Of a stretch of DNA of 32,000 nucleotides, positions 28,226 to 32,000 are shown in pieces. The number at the start of each line of letters is the position of its first letter. Positions within the stretch are counted from its first letter, which is position 1. The notes under the pieces are model-generated. The model ran no database searches, was not told where the DNA came from, and saw nothing but the letters and a program-made list of their open reading frames with translations. Source of the stretch: Candidatus Saccharimonadota bacterium (GTDB taxonomy: Bacteria; Bacteroidota; Bacteroidia; Flavobacteriales; Blattabacteriaceae); NCBI RefSeq assembly GCF_014251775.1, contig NZ_CP059199.1, positions 270,001-302,000 on the forward strand. The letters are read 5' to 3'. The position numbers were made by a program, and so were the translations under genes.

Positions 28226-29175
28226 AAAAACTGTAAAATTTTTAAAAATATTATCTGTGCAGCATAAATTCTGTTATTTGCTTGTTCTAAGATAATAGAA
28301 TCATTACTATCTAAAACTGAATCTTCCACTACTATATTCCTCCTAACTGGTAAACAATGCATGAATTTAGCTTTATTTGTAATTTTCATTTTATCTTCGG
28401 TAATCATCCAATTATCATCTATATCAATAACTTTTCCATAGTTTGAAAAACTACTCCAGTTTTTCGCATAAATAAAGTTTGCATTTTTAAATGCTTCATA
28501 TTGATTATGAAATATTTTAGCATGGTTAGAAAATTTTTCATGAAGATTATATTCTTTTGGACATGCAATAATAAAATCTATTTCCTTTATTTTAGAAATC
28601 CATTGAGAAAAAGAGTTCGCTACAGAATGAGGTAATGACTTAATATGAGGGGCCCAGCTTAACACTACTTTACATTTACTCTTAAAAAAAGAACTATATT
28701 CCGCAATTGTAATTACATCCGCTAAAGATTGTAAAGGATGTAAAGTAGCGCTTTCTAAATTTACTACTGGTACTTTAGAATAAAGTAATATTTTTTTAAA
28801 TAAAATTTCATTATAATCATAATCTTTATCGAATAAATTCGGAAATGTTCTGACTGCAAGTATATCACAATATAAACTCATAACAGAAATAGCTTCTTTA
28901 ATATGTTCCTGTGTATTTATCATTATATTTCCATCATCCATTTCAATTTTCCAAGAATCCTTATTAATATCTAATACCCAAACATTACATCCTAAATTGA
29001 AAGCTGCTTTTTGACAACTTATTCTAGTCCGTAATGAAGGATTAAAAAACACTAATCCAATTGTTTTATTTTTTCCTATTTTTTGGAATAAAAATGGCTT
29101 CTTCTTAAGAAGAAGAGATTCATTAATAATATCATATACATTGATAACATCTTCCACACTGAAAAAATTTTTCAT
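28222..29175 (-). CDS. argF: Bacteroidetes-type acyl-ornithine carbamoyltransferase (ArgF'; N-succinyl- or N-acetyl-ornithine transcarbamylase-like)
   Basis: 317 aa with the carbamoyl-phosphate site FFNPSLRTR and motifs HPLQSLAD and FMHCLPVRRN. From memory, the overall layout resembles Bacteroides fragilis ArgF' rather than a canonical OTCase. No canonical ornithine-binding SMG loop is evident. Confidence 0.78.
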   Translation of the reverse strand: MKNFFSVEDVINVYDIINESLLLKKKPFLFQKIGKNKTIGLVFFNPSLRTRISCQKAAFNLGCNVWVLDINKDSWKIEMDDGNIMINTQEHIKEAISVMSLYCDILAVRTFPNLFDKDYDYNEILFKKILLYSKVPVVNLESATLHPLQSLADVITIAEYSSFFKSKCKVVLSWAPHIKSLPHSVANSFSQWISKIKEIDFIIACPKEYNLHEKFSNHAKIFHNQYEAFKNANFIYAKNWSSFSNYGKVIDIDDNWMITEDKMKITNKAKFMHCLPVRRNIVVEDSVLDSNDSIILEQANNRIYAAQIIFLKILQFL

Positions 29176-29183
29176 AAATCATA

Positions 29184-32000
29184 TCATATTTTATATTCAT
29201 TCCAAGATTTTATTAAAAGTTTTTCCATAGATAAATTACAAAATGCTTGTATAAAAGCTTTAGCTAAACGAGTATTAGTAATTAGAGGAATGTTAAAGTC
29301 TACAGCACAACGTCTTATAGTATAATCATTATCTAATTCTTTTTTTCTAAGATTTTTAGGAATATTTATAATAAGATCCAATTTTCTATTTTTTATTAAT
29401 TCAAGTACATTAGATCGTGATTTTATGTTAGGCCAATCAACTTTTATTGATGGAATTCTATTTTTTAATAGAAAATTATTAGTTCCTTCTGTTGAAAATA
29501 ATATATAACCTTTATAATGTAACAATTTTAATACTTCTAAAAGTTCATTTTTAGATTCAATAGGACCACCAGATATTAATACATTTTTCTTTGGAATAGT
29601 ATAACCGACAGAAATCATAGATTTTAAAAGAGCTTCATGGAAGGTATCTCCTAAACATGCTACCTCTCCGGTAGAAGCCATATCTACTCCTAATATAGGA
29701 TCTGCGTTTTGTAAACGAGAAAAAGAAAACTGAGAGGCTTTAACCCCAAAAAATTTTTTTTTATACAAAAAATTTGAATCTACTTTGCATTTCTTAATTC
29801 CAAGAATTACCTGAGTAGCAATATCTATCATATTAAAATGAGAAATTTTAGATACAAAAGGAAAGCTTCTGGAAGCTCTTAAATTACATTCAATTACTTT
29901 TAATTCATTTTTTTTATATAAAAATTGAATGTTAAAAGGACCAGATATACCAAAATATTTTGATATTTTATTAGATATATGAATGATTTTATTTAATGTA
30001 GATGTAGAAATGTTATACGGAGGATAAACCAATGTTGCATCACCTGAATGTACTCCTGCAAACTCTACGTGCTCTGATATAGCGTTATATATAATTTTTC
30101 CATTTTGAGAAACAGCATCTAACTCAATTTCTTTTGCATTTTGTATAAATTCTGTAATGATTAATGGATATTTTGGAGATATATATGATTTTCTTTGATT
30201 CATATAATAAATTAATTCTTCTTTATTAGAAATAACACTCATATCGGATCCTGAAAGTACATAAGATGGTCTTATCAAAATAGGATAATCTACCTTTTTG
30301 ATAAATTGTAAAATACTATCAAAATCAGATAATTCTTTCCATTTTGGTTGTTGTATTCTCAAATAATCCATAATTCTTGAAAACTTATATCTATTTTCTA
30401 CTTTATCGATAGCAATCGGGGAAGTTCCTAAAATTTTTACTTTTTTCTTGTAAAGTTTTATAACTAAATTGTTAGGGATTTGACCACCCATAGAAACAAT
30501 AGTACCTTTAGGATTTTCTAAATCAATAATATCTAATATCCGTTCTAAAGTAAGTTCTTCAAAATATAATCTATCGCATATATCAAAATCAGTACTTACT
30601 GTTTCTGGATTGTAATTAATGATTATAGATCTATAAGATTTTTTTTTGATAGTATTTAGTGCATTTACACAACACCAGTCAAATTCCACACTACTTCCAA
30701 TTCTATAAACTCCAGATCCCAATGTTATTACAGAATTTTTATCGTTTTCATAAGATATATCATGTTGAATGGCATGATAAGTTAAATATAAATAGTTAGT
30801 TTTTGAAGGATATTCAGCCGCTAAAGTATCAATTTGTCTAACATAGGGAATGATATTTTTTATTTTTCTATATTCTCTTATTTCTTCTTCTAAATCCGAG
30901 ATACTTTTATTTTCTTTTTTGATAAAAAAACTAGCTATTTGTATATCTGAAAATCCTTTTTTCTTTGCTTTCCACAATAAATCGTCTGGTATATCTTTCC
31001 AAGAATTAAAAGAATCTATTTCTTTTTTTATTTTAAAAATATTATTCAATTGATATAAAAACCATGGATCTATTTTAGTAAGATAGTGTATTTCTTTAAT
31101 AGTAAAACCTTTTTCTAAAGCATCTTCGATTAAGAATATTCTTTGATCAGTAGGATTTTTAAGAAATTCTCGTAATAACTGACTAGATAACAATTTTTTT
31201 TTATGATTTATAAAACCTTGCATCCCTATGTCCAACATTCTAATTCCCTTTTGAATGGCTTCTTCAAAAGTAGCTCCAATTGCCATAATTTCTCCGACAC
31301 TTTTCATACTACTTCCAATCTGATTAGATACACCGTAAAATTTTTTCAAATCCCATCTAGGAATTTTACATACTACATAATCTAAAGCTGGTTCAAAGAA
31401 AGCAGTAGTATTTTTTGTGACAGAATTTTTTAATTCGTGTAATCCATAACCCATCGATAATTTTGCTGCAATAAATGCTAAAGGATAACCTGTAGCCTTA
31501 GAAGCTAATGCACTGGATCTAGAAAGTCTTGCATTAATTTCAATAACTCTATAATCTTCTGATTTAGAACTTAAAGCAAATTGAATATTGCATTCTCCAA
31601 TAATATTAAAGTTTCTAGCTATACGTATAGCTAGCTTTCTAAGAAAAAAATATTCATCATTTGTTAACGTTTGCGATGGAGCCACTACAATACTTTCTCC
31701 GGTATGAATACCTATGGGATCTAAATTTTCCATATTACATACAGCAATACAATTATCATATTTATCTCTAACTATTTCATATTCTACCTCTTTCCATCCT
31801 TCTAGGTATTCTTCTACAATAACTTGAGAAGAATATGAAAAAGATTTTCTAATTAACTGATTTAAATCATGAATGTTTTTAGAAAATCCACTTCCTAAAC
31901 CTCCAAGAGTATAGGCAGATCGAACAATAACAGGAAATCCTATTTCTAAAGAGTGATAAATAGCATCATCTATAGAATTTACTACAAAACTTTTTGCAGT
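29184..32000 (-). CDS. carB: Carbamoyl-phosphate synthase large subunit, 5'-truncated by the window edge
   Basis: The track ORF starts at Met 31733, but my translation of 31734..32000 in the same frame has no stop. It reads ...EIGFPVIVRSAYTLGGLGSGF...EGWKEVEYEIVRDKYDNCIAVCNMENLDPIGIHTGESIVVAPSQTL, which matches the first ATP-grasp domain of CarB. The second ATP-grasp and the MGS-like C-terminal domain are present. Confidence 0.93.
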   Translation of the reverse strand, partial: TAKSFVVNSIDDAIYHSLEIGFPVIVRSAYTLGGLGSGFSKNIHDLNQLIRKSFSYSSQVIVEEYLEGWKEVEYEIVRDKYDNCIAVCNMENLDPIGIHTGESIVVAPSQTLTNDEYFFLRKLAIRIARNFNIIGECNIQFALSSKSEDYRVIEINARLSRSSALASKATGYPLAFIAAKLSMGYGLHELKNSVTKNTTAFFEPALDYVVCKIPRWDLKKFYGVSNQIGSSMKSVGEIMAIGATFEEAIQKGIRMLDIGMQGFINHKKKLLSSQLLREFLKNPTDQRIFLIEDALEKGFTIKEIHYLTKIDPWFLYQLNNIFKIKKEIDSFNSWKDIPDDLLWKAKKKGFSDIQIASFFIKKENKSISDLEEEIREYRKIKNIIPYVRQIDTLAAEYPSKTNYLYLTYHAIQHDISYENDKNSVITLGSGVYRIGSSVEFDWCCVNALNTIKKKSYRSIIINYNPETVSTDFDICDRLYFEELTLERILDIIDLENPKGTIVSMGGQIPNNLVIKLYKKKVKILGTSPIAIDKVENRYKFSRIMDYLRIQQPKWKELSDFDSILQFIKKVDYPILIRPSYVLSGSDMSVISNKEELIYYMNQRKSYISPKYPLIITEFIQNAKEIELDAVSQNGKIIYNAISEHVEFAGVHSGDATLVYPPYNISTSTLNKIIHISNKISKYFGISGPFNIQFLYKKNELKVIECNLRASRSFPFVSKISHFNMIDIATQVILGIKKCKVDSNFLYKKKFFGVKASQFSFSRLQNADPILGVDMASTGEVACLGDTFHEALLKSMISVGYTIPKKNVLISGGPIESKNELLEVLKLLHYKGYILFSTEGTNNFLLKNRIPSIKVDWPNIKSRSNVLELIKNRKLDLIINIPKNLRKKELDNDYTIRRCAVDFNIPLITNTRLAKAFIQAFCNLSMEKLLIKSWNEYKI

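Noticed and set aside
146-31385. Short track ORFs: 146..340, 2269..2460, 6910..7107, 10718..10930, 11734..11988, 17769..18002, 20313..20513, 24595..24846, 24896..25144, 25620..25952, 30850..31053 and 31203..31385.
   Set aside because: All of these lie largely or wholly antisense to well-supported conserved genes. Their translations are low-complexity and rich in I/F/K/N/L, as expected from the opposite strand of AT-rich coding sequence. No recognisable motifs.
1-32000. I looked for a novel accessory system: defence islands, toxin-antitoxin pairs, CRISPR repeats, transposases or integrases, phage genes, and large direct or inverted repeats.
   Set aside because: Every ORF over ~100 aa has a clear housekeeping or biosynthetic identity. 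Spacers total only ~1 kb, and the longest is 230 bp. No repeat-spacer periodicity or recombinase-like ORF is visible. The window looks like the ordinary core genome of a reduced endosymbiont.

Overview
This window is extremely AT-rich and very densely packed. By my tally only about 980 of 32,000 bp lie outside genes. I count 28 protein-coding genes, two of them cut by the window edges, and 2 tRNAs. All are core housekeeping or biosynthetic functions: replication and repair (dnaG, ligA, a 5'-3' exonuclease, ftsK), translation (rpsF-rpsR-rplI, gltX, metG, mnmE, prmC), proteostasis and redox (lon, trxA, a peroxiredoxin), and cofactors and lipids (metK, nadD, ribB, fabI, rpe). Amino-acid biosynthesis is also well represented: a pheA-aminotransferase-tyrA-DAHP synthase/chorismate mutase cluster, lysA, and a carB-argF'-argB-argE cluster. 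Three things point to a reduced-genome Flavobacteriales (Bacteroidetes) insect endosymbiont, Blattabacterium-like. These are the Bacteroidetes-style aromatic cluster, the ArgF'-type carbamoyltransferase and the extreme compaction. That identification is an inference and cannot be confirmed without a database search. I found no mobile elements, CRISPR arrays, defence or toxin systems, or other accessory islands, and I do not think the window holds a novel multi-gene system. The points worth a second look are signatures of genome erosion and compaction. The DnaG primase has lost all four zinc-finger ligands. prmC is split by a frameshift inside a T10 tract. tRNA-Asp is overlapped by the stop-codon ends of both neighbouring genes. 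Several proteins lack domains: an exonuclease-only PolA, FtsK without a gamma domain, a short MetRS and a stand-alone RibB. Long in-frame homopolymers also sit inside essential genes.
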